DNA of 64,000 bases from Alphaproteobacteria bacterium. GTDB taxonomy: Bacteria; Pseudomonadota; Alphaproteobacteria; GCA-2731375. The position numbers and the translations under genes are program-made. Positions 27,888-37,376 of the stretch are shown here, piece after piece (positions within the stretch are counted from its first letter, which is position 1; every line of letters begins with the position of its first letter). The stretch is taken from the NCBI GenBank assembly GCA_965225945.1, contig CBDDBZ010000034.1:192001-256000 (forward strand), given 5' to 3'. The notes beneath the pieces are model-generated. The model was given only the letters and a program-made list of their open reading frames with translations. It searched no databases and was not told the origin of the DNA.

Positions 27888-29429
27888 TCACCAATTGGGT
27901 GGCGTCCAGCGCGCCTCCTCGTCCAAGGGATAGACCGGGCGCGGCAAGCCCTTCCAATCGAAGCGCTCGAGGATCGGCGAGGTGAGCCCGGCGGTGTCGA
28001 CCTCGACCACGTGATCAGGCCCGAACCAGGGGGCGAAGCCGGCACGGAAGTGGCCGCGAGATTTGACGCAGACCACCCGGGCGAGGGCGATGTCGAGGCC
28101 GAAACTCTCGAAGAACAGCGGATCGGCGGTCTGGTGGCGGGCGCCGATCACGATCACCACGATGCCGTCGGGACCGCCCAGCTGCAGCGCCGCCGAGGGG
28201 CCGAGGCGCATTTGCCGCCCGGCGTAAATGCCCAGACGGCCGACGAAATCGCCATCGGTCAGCTTCAGGACGCGCGCCTCGGCCTCGAAGCGCTTGGAGA
28301 AGGTGGACTCGCCCGAGGAATTGAAGACGGCGCGGAAGCTCGCGCCCTCGCCTTGCTCGTGCGCCTCGGCGGCCAGTTCGGAATCGAAGAACGAGCCGTA
28401 GAGCACCCCCTTCGCCTCCGCCGCGTGCAGGGCCTGGAGCAACCAGGTGGTCCGCCCCTCCCCGCCGCCACCGGGATTGTCGCCGGCATCGGAATAGATC
28501 AGAGCGGGGGCTCGGGCGTCGCCCGCCGTCCGCACGGCCAGCGCCACCGCATCCTCGATGCTGGTGAGCTCGCGGTGGAAACGCTCCCGCATGTTCCAGC
28601 CGAATTCGGCGATCTCGCGCGCCAGCACCTGAGCTGCCCGTTCCTCCTCCCGCGCGGTGACGATGATCGAGACGCCGTTCAGGCTCGTGTCAGAGAACAC
28701 GAAGCCGCCCAAGACCGTCACGTTCAGGATCTCGCCCCCACTCTCCCGCGCCCGGCGCTGGCCGTACTGGATCATGTCGCCGTAAGGCCCCTCGGCGGTC
28801 AGCAAGGTGACGCTCGGCGGCGTCAGCGGCAGGCGGATGAAGGCCGATTTGGGCCGCATGCCGGCCATCATCAGCCGCATTGTGAAGGCCGCTTCCTCAC
28901 CGCGCTCGCGCATGTCGACATGCGGGTTGGTCAGATAGCCGATCAACACGTCGGCCGCTTCGACCATCCGCTCCGAGGTATTGGCGTGTAGGTCGAGGGT
29001 GGCGATGATCGCCGCGTCGGCGCCGGCGGCCTCGCGGATCCGCGCCATCATCTCGCCGTCGGGATCCGGCGTCGCGGTCGAGACCATGGCGCCGTGGTTG
29101 GCGAGATAGACCCCGTCGACCTCGCCCGCGGTGGCGAGCCCATCGGCGATGGTCCGATAGCAGGCTTGCAGATAGTCGTCCTCCACCGGGCCCCAGGGCG
29201 GGCTCGCCGCCAACAGCAGCGGCAGGGGCTCCCACGGGCCCGTGGCGTCCATGGCTTGCACGAAGGCGCTCATCTCCGCCGAGATCGGCGAGACGGGCTT
29301 GCGTGCCTCGGCCAGCAGCTCAGGCCCCTCGATGTGGATGGCGGCGCGAAAATCCGCACTCGTCGTCACCGGCGAGAAGGCGTTGCTCTCGAGCGCGATG
29401 CCGCAGATTGCGATACGGGGAGTCCTCAT
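27888..29429 (-). CDS. M81 family metallopeptidase (MlrC-like)
   Basis: ESNAF, NHGAM, LDLHAN, NPHVD, DAGDNPGGG, VKSRGHFRA. Confidence 0.88.
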   Translation of the reverse strand: MRTPRIAICGIALESNAFSPVTTSADFRAAIHIEGPELLAEARKPVSPISAEMSAFVQAMDATGPWEPLPLLLAASPPWGPVEDDYLQACYRTIADGLATAGEVDGVYLANHGAMVSTATPDPDGEMMARIREAAGADAAIIATLDLHANTSERMVEAADVLIGYLTNPHVDMRERGEEAAFTMRLMMAGMRPKSAFIRLPLTPPSVTLLTAEGPYGDMIQYGQRRARESGGEILNVTVLGGFVFSDTSLNGVSIIVTAREEERAAQVLAREIAEFGWNMRERFHRELTSIEDAVALAVRTAGDARAPALIYSDAGDNPGGGGEGRTTWLLQALHAAEAKGVLYGSFFDSELAAEAHEQGEGASFRAVFNSSGESTFSKRFEAEARVLKLTDGDFVGRLGIYAGRQMRLGPSAALQLGGPDGIVVIVIGARHQTADPLFFESFGLDIALARVVCVKSRGHFRAGFAPWFGPDHVVEVDTAGLTSPILERFDWKGLPRPVYPLDEEARWTPPNW

Positions 29430-30910
29430 GGGTCTCTGACCTCGCTTCGGACGACCTTGCCGGGGTTCAGCAGGTTGTCGGGATCGAGCGCGCGCTTTAT
29501 CCGCCCCATCAGCTCCATCTCGATTGCCGGCTTGTAGATCCGCGCCTCGTCGCGACGGAGGCGACCCAAGCCGTGCTCGGCGCTGATCGAACCCTCCAGT
29601 TCGGCGACGATATCGTGCACGATCCGGTTCACCTCCTCGCGCTCGGCGGCGAAGGCCGCGTCCGACCAATCCGGCGGGCGGACCGGGTTGAAATGGATGT
29701 TGCCGTCGCCGATGTGACCGAAGGTGACGCCTCGGATCCCCGGATAGCGCGCCGCCAGTTCCTGGTTGGAGCGGCGGATGAATTCCGCGATGCGGCTCAC
29801 CGGGACACCGACGTCGTGCTTGATCGAGGCGCCGCAGTGTTTCTGGGCTTCCGAGATCGACTCGCGAAGCTTCCAGAGCGCGTCGGCCCGGGCCTGCGAG
29901 GCGGCGATCGTGGCGTCGAGCACCAGGCCCGCCTCCGCCGCCTCGGCGAGCCAATCCTCGACCGCGCCCATGAGCGTGCCGGGCGCGCCTTGGCCGGCGA
30001 TTTCCGCCACCACGTACCAGTCGTGCCGGTCGGCCAGGGGATCGACGATCCCCGGCACGTGCGCCATGTCGAGGTCGATGCAGATCCGCTCCATCAGCTC
30101 GAACGAGGTCACCTGCTCTCCGAGGCCTGCGCGGGCGAGTGCCAGAAGCCGTACTGCCGCCTCGGGATCGGGCACGGCGGCGAAGGCGGTGACGCTGTCG
30201 CTCGGCTTAGCCGACAGGCACAGCACGGCGGCCGTGACGATGCCGAGGGTGCCTTCGGAGCCGATGAAGAGCTGCTTCAGGTCGTAACCCGTGTTGTCCT
30301 TGCGCAGCCCCCGAAGGCCGTTCCAGATCCGCCCGTCGGCCAACACCACCTCGACGCCCAACACCAGGTTTCGCGTATTGCCGTAGCGCAGCACCTGAAC
30401 GCCGCCGGCGTTGGTCGAGAGATTGCCGCCGATCTGGCAGGAGCCCTCGGCGCTCAGGCTCAAGGGGAACAAGCGGTCGACCTCGTCGGCGGCCCGCTGG
30501 ATGTCGGCCAGCACGCACCCCGCCTCCACCGTCATGGTGTCGTTCACCAGATCGACCTCGCGGATCCGATTCATCCGGCTGGTGGAAAGGATGATCTCGC
30601 TGCCGTCGTCGTGCGGTTGGCTGCCACCGGCGAGGCCGGTGTTGCCGCCCTGGGGCACGATGGGGGTCCGCGTCTCGGCGCAGATCCGCACCACGTCGGC
30701 CAGTTCCTCGCTCGACGCCGGGCGTACCACCATCGCCGTCCGCCCGACCCAGTTGTCGCGCCACGAGATGCAATAGGGCTCGATCTCCGCCGGATCGTCG
30801 AGGCAGCCCTTGTCGCCGACCACGTCGCGAATTCGGTCCAGCACCTCGCGCGAAACGGCGGCCCGGGCGGGCCGTTCGAGGGGAGCGTTCATCGCCTGAT
30901 CACCCGACAT
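29426..30910 (-). CDS. FAD-binding oxidoreductase (D-2-hydroxyacid dehydrogenase / GlcD-like)
   Basis: PQGGNTGL, IGGNLSTNAGG, LRKDNTGYDL, FGHIGDGNIH, SISAEHG, LNPGK. Confidence 0.9.
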   Translation of the reverse strand: MSGDQAMNAPLERPARAAVSREVLDRIRDVVGDKGCLDDPAEIEPYCISWRDNWVGRTAMVVRPASSEELADVVRICAETRTPIVPQGGNTGLAGGSQPHDDGSEIILSTSRMNRIREVDLVNDTMTVEAGCVLADIQRAADEVDRLFPLSLSAEGSCQIGGNLSTNAGGVQVLRYGNTRNLVLGVEVVLADGRIWNGLRGLRKDNTGYDLKQLFIGSEGTLGIVTAAVLCLSAKPSDSVTAFAAVPDPEAAVRLLALARAGLGEQVTSFELMERICIDLDMAHVPGIVDPLADRHDWYVVAEIAGQGAPGTLMGAVEDWLAEAAEAGLVLDATIAASQARADALWKLRESISEAQKHCGASIKHDVGVPVSRIAEFIRRSNQELAARYPGIRGVTFGHIGDGNIHFNPVRPPDWSDAAFAAEREEVNRIVHDIVAELEGSISAEHGLGRLRRDEARIYKPAIEMELMGRIKRALDPDNLLNPGKVVRSEVRDP

Positions 30911-30932
30911 TGGTCATTTGAATGGCTCGAGC

Positions 30933-31069
30933 CTAGAGCAGCATCCGCCCATTGGAATCGCTTTCAGCGATCCAACTGGTGGATAAAGCTGCTCTATCTT
31001 CCTGAAGAATAGAGCAATATTCGAACGGATTGAACCGAAGCGGTTCCATCCGTTCGAATATTGCTCTAG
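30933..31069. repeat. 137-bp double-hairpin CTAGAGCA...TGCTCTAG miniature element
   Basis: Hairpins at 30934-30996 and 31010-31068, both bounded by TAGAGCA/TGCTCTA. Confidence 0.8.
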
Positions 31070-32034
31070 GGCCGGGGCCGGGCGGCGCGGCGCAGGCGAT
31101 CGTTTATCGCCCGGCCGAGACCCGTCTCGGGGATCGCCATCGCGGCGATCCGCCGGGCGCCGGAGCGGTCAAGCTCGTGCAGCATGTGGAACAGGTTGGC
31201 CGCCGCCTCGAGCACGTCGCCGGACGGGCTGAGGTTCAGGGTCAGGCGCGCGCCCTCGGGCGGCCTCGGTCCGAAGGCGAGCAGCGCCTCGTCCGCCCCC
31301 ACCTCGACCGCCGCCAGCCTGAGCGGCAGGGCGGGTGCGTAATGGCTCGCCAACTGTCCAGGCGCGCAGGGCCGGGCGGGATCGACGCCGGGGACCCGGA
31401 CGGGTCCGATCTCGCCCTCGATCTCCTCAAGCGCGACGGCGCCGGGGCGGAGCAGCGTCACGGTACCGTCCGCGATCGCCACGACCGTGCTCTCGATGCC
31501 CAGCGGCGTCGGGCCGCCGTCGATCACCATGTCGACGGAATGGCCCAGGCCATCGACGACATGCGCCGCCCGGGTCGGGCTGAGCGCGCCGGAAGGATTG
31601 GCGCTCGGCGCCACCACGGGTCCGCCGAAGGCGGCGAGCAGCGCAGCCGCCAGCGGGTGCGCCGGCACCCGGAGCGCCACGGTGTCGAGACCGGCGCGGG
31701 CCAGCGGGTCGACGGGGCACGCGGCGGCACCCGGCAGCACGAGTGTCAGCGGCCCGGGCCAGAATCGCGCCGCCAGCCGCTCGGCCAGCGAACTCTGCCG
31801 GGCCAGCGCCAAGGCGGCCTCGGTCGTCGCCAGATGGCAGATCAGGGGATTGAAGCCTGGCCGTGCCTTGGCCTCGAACACACCTGCGACGGCGGTGGCG
31901 CACGTCGCGTCGGCGCCGAGGCCATAGACCGTCTCGGTCGGAAAGGCGACCAGGCCGGCGGCGGCGAGCCGGGCCGCCGCCTCGGGAATTGCCCTCGGAT
32001 CGTCGCCCGAGAGCAGGAGGGCCTGGCCGCTCAA
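31066..32034 (-). CDS. tsaC: L-threonylcarbamoyladenylate synthase (Sua5-type)
   Basis: VAFPTETVYGLGA, KARPGFNPLI, FWPGPLT, APSAN, GIESTV, PGQLASHYAP, AINDRLRRAA. Confidence 0.92.
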   Translation of the reverse strand: MSGQALLLSGDDPRAIPEAAARLAAAGLVAFPTETVYGLGADATCATAVAGVFEAKARPGFNPLICHLATTEAALALARQSSLAERLAARFWPGPLTLVLPGAAACPVDPLARAGLDTVALRVPAHPLAAALLAAFGGPVVAPSANPSGALSPTRAAHVVDGLGHSVDMVIDGGPTPLGIESTVVAIADGTVTLLRPGAVALEEIEGEIGPVRVPGVDPARPCAPGQLASHYAPALPLRLAAVEVGADEALLAFGPRPPEGARLTLNLSPSGDVLEAAANLFHMLHELDRSGARRIAAMAIPETGLGRAINDRLRRAARPRP

Positions 32035-32239
32035 TCGGAGCGCGCCAGATGCGCCACGCGGCCGACCGAGCAGACCTCGCCCAACTGGTTGCGAATTTGG
32101 AACTCGGTCCCGCCCTTGGCCAGCACGGTGATCTCGTCGCCCCAGAAGATCGCCCTGGGTCGCGTCATCCTCGCCACCTCTGTTTCGCCTCGTCGACGCC
32201 AATGTGCCGCCCCGCCCGGCGCATCGCAAGTCGAGCCGG

Positions 32240-33118
32240 TCATTCATCCAACCGGCGCTGGCGCCAGATGATCAACAGGCCGGCGCCGACGATGGCGAGG
32301 ACGCCGGGGAACAACCGCTCGACGGGCGCTTCGGCGAAGAATACCCAGCCGAGAATGAAGGCGAAGACGATGCCGAAGTATTCGAACGGCGCCACGTTCG
32401 CCGGACGAGTCAGGCGATAGGCCGTGGTGAGGCAGAGCACGCCACCACCGCCCAGGACGCCCATGGCGACGATCCAGGCCCAGTCGCCCACGTCGGCGAC
32501 CTTGACGAAGCCGCTGGTCACCGCCGTCAACGCCAAGGCGGCGAGGCAGGCGCTCAACTGGGTATGCAGGTTGAGGGTCGCGATCGGGACGCCCGTGTCG
32601 ATTCGGCGCACGACGATGCTCGAGGCCGCGTAGCCCACCGCCGCGCCGAGCGGCATCAGGGCGTAATAGGTGAAGATGTCGCTCCCCGGTCGCATGATGG
32701 CGAGGATGCCGAGGAAGCCGATCACCACCGCGCTCCAGCGCCAAGGGCCGACCCGCTCCCCCAGCACCGGCCACGATAGCGCGGTCAGGAACAAGGGCGT
32801 CGCGAAGACCAGTGTCGAGGCGGTGGCGAACTCCAGATGGCTGAGCGAGACGTAGAAACAGAACTGCGCGAAGGTGGTGGCGAGACCGCGAAAGACACCG
32901 TAGCGCCACTGTGCAAAGCCGAGACGGCGGCCCCCCCGATGCCACTCACGCGAAAGCAGCAGCAGGGCCGCCGCCGGCACCAGGCCGAAGAGGTTTCGCA
33001 GCATCGCGAGCTGGGGGGCCGGATAGGCCTGGCCGAGATGCTTGATGATCGCGCCCATGGTATCGAGCAGGAAGATGCCGACCAGGCTCAGCGCGATGGC
33101 GGTGATCAGCGGCCCCAT
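32240..33118 (-). CDS. DMT/EamA family transporter
   Basis: Multiple TM segments; FATPLFL...LGERVG, APFEY. Confidence 0.88.
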   Translation of the reverse strand: MGPLITAIALSLVGIFLLDTMGAIIKHLGQAYPAPQLAMLRNLFGLVPAAALLLLSREWHRGGRRLGFAQWRYGVFRGLATTFAQFCFYVSLSHLEFATASTLVFATPLFLTALSWPVLGERVGPWRWSAVVIGFLGILAIMRPGSDIFTYYALMPLGAAVGYAASSIVVRRIDTGVPIATLNLHTQLSACLAALALTAVTSGFVKVADVGDWAWIVAMGVLGGGGVLCLTTAYRLTRPANVAPFEYFGIVFAFILGWVFFAEAPVERLFPGVLAIVGAGLLIIWRQRRLDE

Positions 33119-33247
33119 GGCATCGCCTCGGCAAATCCGGCGACGAGGCGCGCCAATTCACGTGCCCCCGACGATCAAATTGCACTCGAAACCGGTTTGC
33201 AACACCATCGGGTCGTAAACCCATCGCCACCGCCTCGGAGGACCGCC

Positions 33248-34024
33248 ATGGGCGACCAAAACGTCATCGTTACCGGCGGCGGAGCCGGCATCGGCCGCGC
33301 TATCGTCGAGGCCTTCCTGGAAGCCGGTGCCACCATACACGCCTGTGATCGCGATCCCGACGCCGCCGGTGACGTGGCCGCCTCCCACCCACGGGTCGAG
33401 GCCGAGGTCGTCGACGTCGGCGACGCAAGCGCGGTGGACCGCTTGTTCGAGACTGCGCTCGCCCGCTTCGGCGGGCGCCTCGACGTGCTGGTCAACAACG
33501 CCGGCGCCTCCGGCCCCACCGGCCCGATCGAAAGCCTGGACCCCGCCGCCTGGCGGGAGACCTTCGAGAGCAATATCCACGGCAACTTCAATTGTACGCG
33601 GCGCGCGGTACCGGCGATGAAGACACGCGGCGCCGGCGCCGTCATCAACATCTCCTCGACCGCCGGCACCCACGGCTATCCGCTCCGCACCCCCTATGCC
33701 GCCGCCAAATGGGGCGTCATCGGCATCACAAAGTCGCTGGCGATGGAGCTCGGCCCCGCCGGCATCCGGGTCAACGCGATCTGCCCCGGCTGCGTCGACG
33801 GCCCGCGCATGGCCGACGTCATCCGCCGGGAGGCCGAAGCCCGGGGCGGCGAGGCCCAGGCGCTCCACCGAGCCTATGTCGGCCAGGTCTCGATGCGAGC
33901 TTTCGTCCAAGCCCGCGACATCGCTGACGCCGCGGTCTTTCTCGCCTCGCCCCAGGCGCGCATGATCAACGGCCAGATCCTCGCCGTCGACGGCCATACG
34001 GAATCCTTGGCGACCGTCGATTGA
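33248..34024 (+). CDS. Short-chain dehydrogenase/reductase
   Basis: TGGGAGIG, LVNNAG, NISS, YAAAK, VNAICPG. Confidence 0.9.
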   Translation: MGDQNVIVTGGGAGIGRAIVEAFLEAGATIHACDRDPDAAGDVAASHPRVEAEVVDVGDASAVDRLFETALARFGGRLDVLVNNAGASGPTGPIESLDPAAWRETFESNIHGNFNCTRRAVPAMKTRGAGAVINISSTAGTHGYPLRTPYAAAKWGVIGITKSLAMELGPAGIRVNAICPGCVDGPRMADVIRREAEARGGEAQALHRAYVGQVSMRAFVQARDIADAAVFLASPQARMINGQILAVDGHTESLATVD

Positions 34025-34113
34025 GCCATTGCGGCCGGGACGAAAACGCCCTTATCTAGGCCAACGATGCGGGGCGCGAGCCCCGGCCAATTCGAGCGGA
34101 GGGGATACCTGCC

Positions 34114-35904
34114 ATGACCGACTATGCCGCTCCGCTCAAGGACATGATGTTCACGCTCCGCCACATCGCCGATCTCGACGGGCTCTCGAGGCTCGCTGGG
34201 CTAGAGACGGCGGATGCGGACCTGGTCGCGCAAGTGTTGGGCCAGGGCGCGCGGCTCGCCGGCGAGGTGCTGGCGCCGCTCAATCGCTCGGGCGACCTGG
34301 AAGGCGCGGTGCTGGAGAACGGCGTCGTCCGCTCGCCCAAGGGCTTCGACGCGGCTTATCGCGCCTTCGCCGAGGGCGGCTGGAACGGCGCCACGGCCGA
34401 GCCCGAACACGGCGGCATGGGACTTCCCTGGCTCGTCGGCGTCGCCGCCATGGAGCTTTGGAACGGCGCCAACATGGGCTTCGCCGTCGGGCCGCTGCTG
34501 ACCCAGGGGGCGATCGAGGCGCTGCAGTCGCATGGCACGCTCGAGCAGCAGGCGCTCTACCTGCCGAAGCTGAACTCGGGCGAATGGTCGGGGACGATGA
34601 ACTTGACCGAGCCGCAAGCGGGCTCCGACGTCGGCGCACTACGCAGCCGGGCCGAGCCGGCCGGTGACGGCACCTGGCGGATCACCGGACAGAAGATCTT
34701 CATCACCTACGGCGACCACGAGCTGGCGGAGAATATTGTCCACATGGTTCTGGCTCGCACGCCCGACGCGCCGCCGGGGACGCGCGGCCTCTCCCTCTTC
34801 ATCGTGCCCAAGTACCTGCCCGACGAGAACGGCGCTCCGGGCCGGCGCAACGACCTTCGCGCCACCGGCCTGGAACGCAAGCTCGGCATCCACGCGAGCC
34901 CGACCTGCACCATGAGCTACGGCGACGACGGCGGCGCCGTCGGTTTCATGCTGGGCGAGGAGAACAAGGGCATGGCTTGTATGTTCACGATGATGAACAC
35001 GGCCCGCCTCGCGATCGGCGTGCAGGGGCTGGGGATCGGCGAGCGGGCCTATCAGCAGGCCCTCGCCTATGCGCTGCTGCGACGTCAGGGCCGGGCGCTG
35101 GGCGCTGCTGAGCCGGGTGCTTCCGCCATCATCGCGCATGCCGACGTGCGCCGCATGCTGATGACCATGAAGGCCCTGGTCGAGGCGACGCGGGCGGTAT
35201 GCTACGTCACGGCTGAGACGGTGGACCGCGCGCGGCGGGCCGAGAACGAGGCCGCGCGGGAAGCGGCGCGCGGCCGCCTGGAAGTGCTGACCCCAATCGC
35301 CAAGGCCTGGTCGAGCGACGTCGGCTGCCAGGTCACCTCGCTCAACATCCAGGTCCACGGCGGCATGGGCTTCGTCGAGGAGACCGGCGCCGCCCAGCAC
35401 TACCGCGATGCCCGGATCGCGCCGATCTACGAGGGCACCAACGGCATCCAGGCGATGGATCTGGTGATGCGCAAGCTCACCCTCGACGGCGGCCGCCCGG
35501 TGGCCGACCTGATGGCGGCGATGGCGGCGACGGCGGCCGGTGTCGGCGAGCTCGACGGCTTCGAGACCATGGCCGAAACCTTGGACTCAGGCCGCGCCGC
35601 CCTCGGGCGGGCGGGCGACTGGCTGGTCGCGCAATTGGCCCAGGCGCCGAACGCCGCCGCCTCGGGGTGCACGCCCTATCTCGAAATGTGGGGGCTGACA
35701 CTGGGCGCGCATCTGCTGGCCAAGGGGGTGCTCGCGGCCAAGGCGGGTCTGGAGGCGGAGGACGCGGACGGTGCGTTCCTGGGCGCGCGCATCGCCAGCG
35801 CGCGATTCTTCGCCGAACAGCTCCTGCCCCGCGCCGAGGCGCTACTACCGGCCGTCACCGGCGGGACCGAGCTGCTCTACGCCATCGATGAGGACGCCTT
35901 TTAG
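34114..35904 (+). CDS. Acyl-CoA dehydrogenase (DmdC/MmgC-like group)
   Basis: GTMNLTEPQAGSDVG, GQKIFIT, KLGIHASPT, QVHGGMGF, IYEGTNGIQA. Confidence 0.9.
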   Translation: MTDYAAPLKDMMFTLRHIADLDGLSRLAGLETADADLVAQVLGQGARLAGEVLAPLNRSGDLEGAVLENGVVRSPKGFDAAYRAFAEGGWNGATAEPEHGGMGLPWLVGVAAMELWNGANMGFAVGPLLTQGAIEALQSHGTLEQQALYLPKLNSGEWSGTMNLTEPQAGSDVGALRSRAEPAGDGTWRITGQKIFITYGDHELAENIVHMVLARTPDAPPGTRGLSLFIVPKYLPDENGAPGRRNDLRATGLERKLGIHASPTCTMSYGDDGGAVGFMLGEENKGMACMFTMMNTARLAIGVQGLGIGERAYQQALAYALLRRQGRALGAAEPGASAIIAHADVRRMLMTMKALVEATRAVCYVTAETVDRARRAENEAAREAARGRLEVLTPIAKAWSSDVGCQVTSLNIQVHGGMGFVEETGAAQHYRDARIAPIYEGTNGIQAMDLVMRKLTLDGGRPVADLMAAMAATAAGVGELDGFETMAETLDSGRAALGRAGDWLVAQLAQAPNAAASGCTPYLEMWGLTLGAHLLAKGVLAAKAGLEAEDADGAFLGARIASARFFAEQLLPRAEALLPAVTGGTELLYAIDEDAF

Positions 35905-35959
35905 ACCACATGTCCGTTTGAGGCGGGTCACCCCCGCCTCAAACGGACATGTGGTCTAA
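35901..35959. repeat. Perfect 27-bp-arm palindrome between convergent genes
   Basis: TTAGACCACATGTCCGTTTGAGGCGGG-TCACC-CCCGCCTCAAACGGACATGTGGTCTAA. Confidence 0.85.
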
Positions 35960-35969
35960 GCCGTGTGAA

Positions 35970-37376
35970 TCAGTAACTCAAACTCTGAAAGCTCGCAGGC
36001 GCGTCCGAGACGACCCGGAAACCCTCGGGCGTGATCTCGATGACGGCGAGACCGCGCTCGCCGATGCCATCGGCGCGGAAACGGAAGATGCCGTCGTTGC
36101 CGGCGAAGCCGCTCGGCGCCGAGAGAGTTTCGGCATCGAAGCGGGGCGGACCCTCGCCGCCACCGAGCACGGCCGCCAGCGCTGTCGCGTCATAGGCGAG
36201 GCTGGCGATCCTGGGTGGCCGGCGCCCGTAGGTCGCCTGGAAGCGCTCGACGAAGCGCCGCCGGGCCTCCGGCGCCGGCGCGGCGAACCAACCGCCCTTT
36301 AAGGCCGGCTCCCGCCTCAGGCTCGGATCATCCCAGAGGCCGGTGCCGATCACCTGGACCTCGCCCGGCCCGAGGTCGTAATAGGGCAGCAAGGGCGCCA
36401 CCTGCCGCAGCACCTGTCCGCCCTCCGGCAGCAGCAAGACGTCGAAGGGAATTTTGCGTGGGTCGTTCTTGCGCACGACCCGGCCCCTGTTGATCCGGCC
36501 GCCCAGACGCTCGATCGCCTGATCGGCACCGCTGCCATCCACGCCATAGAACTCGATCGCATGGACCTGAGCGCCGAAGCGGGCCGTCGATTCCTCGAGT
36601 GCCCGAACCACCGCCCGGCCGTAGTCGCCGTCGGGCACCAGGGCGGCGAAGCGCCAGAGGCCCTGGCTGGTCGCGTGCGCAACGACGCGTTCGACCTGCT
36701 GCTCGGGCGTAAAGCCCATGAGGAAGGTATCGGCTTCCGCCACCCGGCGATCGGTCGAGAAGGCGACGACATTGACGCCGCGCTCGCGCGCCGGCGCCTT
36801 GACGGCGACGACGGCATCGCGGAACAGCGGTCCCAAGATCAGCGTCGCGCCCTCCGCCAGCACGCGCCGCGCGGCGGCCTCGGCACCCTCGGCGGTACCG
36901 CGCGTGTCGGCCGGCAGTAGCACGATTCGCTCCGTCCCCAATTCGAACAGCTTCAACAGCGCCGCGTCGCGCAGCGCCTGGCCCACCTCGGCGGCCCGGC
37001 CCGAAAGCGGCAGCAACAGTCCCACCTTGACCGGATCGTCGACCAGCGGCGGCCCCAGGCGGGTCCCTTCGTCCGCCGACGTCAGCTCGGCGGGCGGACG
37101 GTCGGCGTCCCGCCAGGTCTCGACGTCTTGCTCGCCGCTCGGAATCGGCGCGACGGCCATGTGCTCCTCCACCGCCTCCGCCGGCTGGGCGGCGGCGGGC
37201 GGCGGCGGTGGCGCGGCAGCTTGCTTCGGAGGTACGGTGGTCTCGCAGCCGAGCGACAGCACCATGAGCGGGAGCAGCGATGCCAGCCAAGCGACAGGGC
37301 GGCGCCCGGACGTCGCGCCGTGATTCGGCCCGCGCGTCGGCGCCGGGTTCCGCCGGAGATGTCTCACCTCGATCAC
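35970..37376 (-). CDS. Penicillin-binding protein activator (LpoA-like) lipoprotein
   Basis: Lipobox LSLGC; KVGLLLPLSG, LILGPLF, LAYDA, GFAGNDGIFRF; divergent from rsmI; start uncertain. Confidence 0.8.
   Translation of the reverse strand: MIEVRHLRRNPAPTRGPNHGATSGRRPVAWLASLLPLMVLSLGCETTVPPKQAAAPPPPPAAAQPAEAVEEHMAVAPIPSGEQDVETWRDADRPPAELTSADEGTRLGPPLVDDPVKVGLLLPLSGRAAEVGQALRDAALLKLFELGTERIVLLPADTRGTAEGAEAAARRVLAEGATLILGPLFRDAVVAVKAPARERGVNVVAFSTDRRVAEADTFLMGFTPEQQVERVVAHATSQGLWRFAALVPDGDYGRAVVRALEESTARFGAQVHAIEFYGVDGSGADQAIERLGGRINRGRVVRKNDPRKIPFDVLLLPEGGQVLRQVAPLLPYYDLGPGEVQVIGTGLWDDPSLRREPALKGGWFAAPAPEARRRFVERFQATYGRRPPRIASLAYDATALAAVLGGGEGPPRFDAETLSAPSGFAGNDGIFRFRADGIGERGLAVIEITPEGFRVVSDAPASFQSLSY

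Noticed and set aside
30933-35959. CRISPR or tRNA interpretation of the hairpins
   Set aside because: No regularly spaced repeat-spacer array, no cas genes, no cloverleaf.
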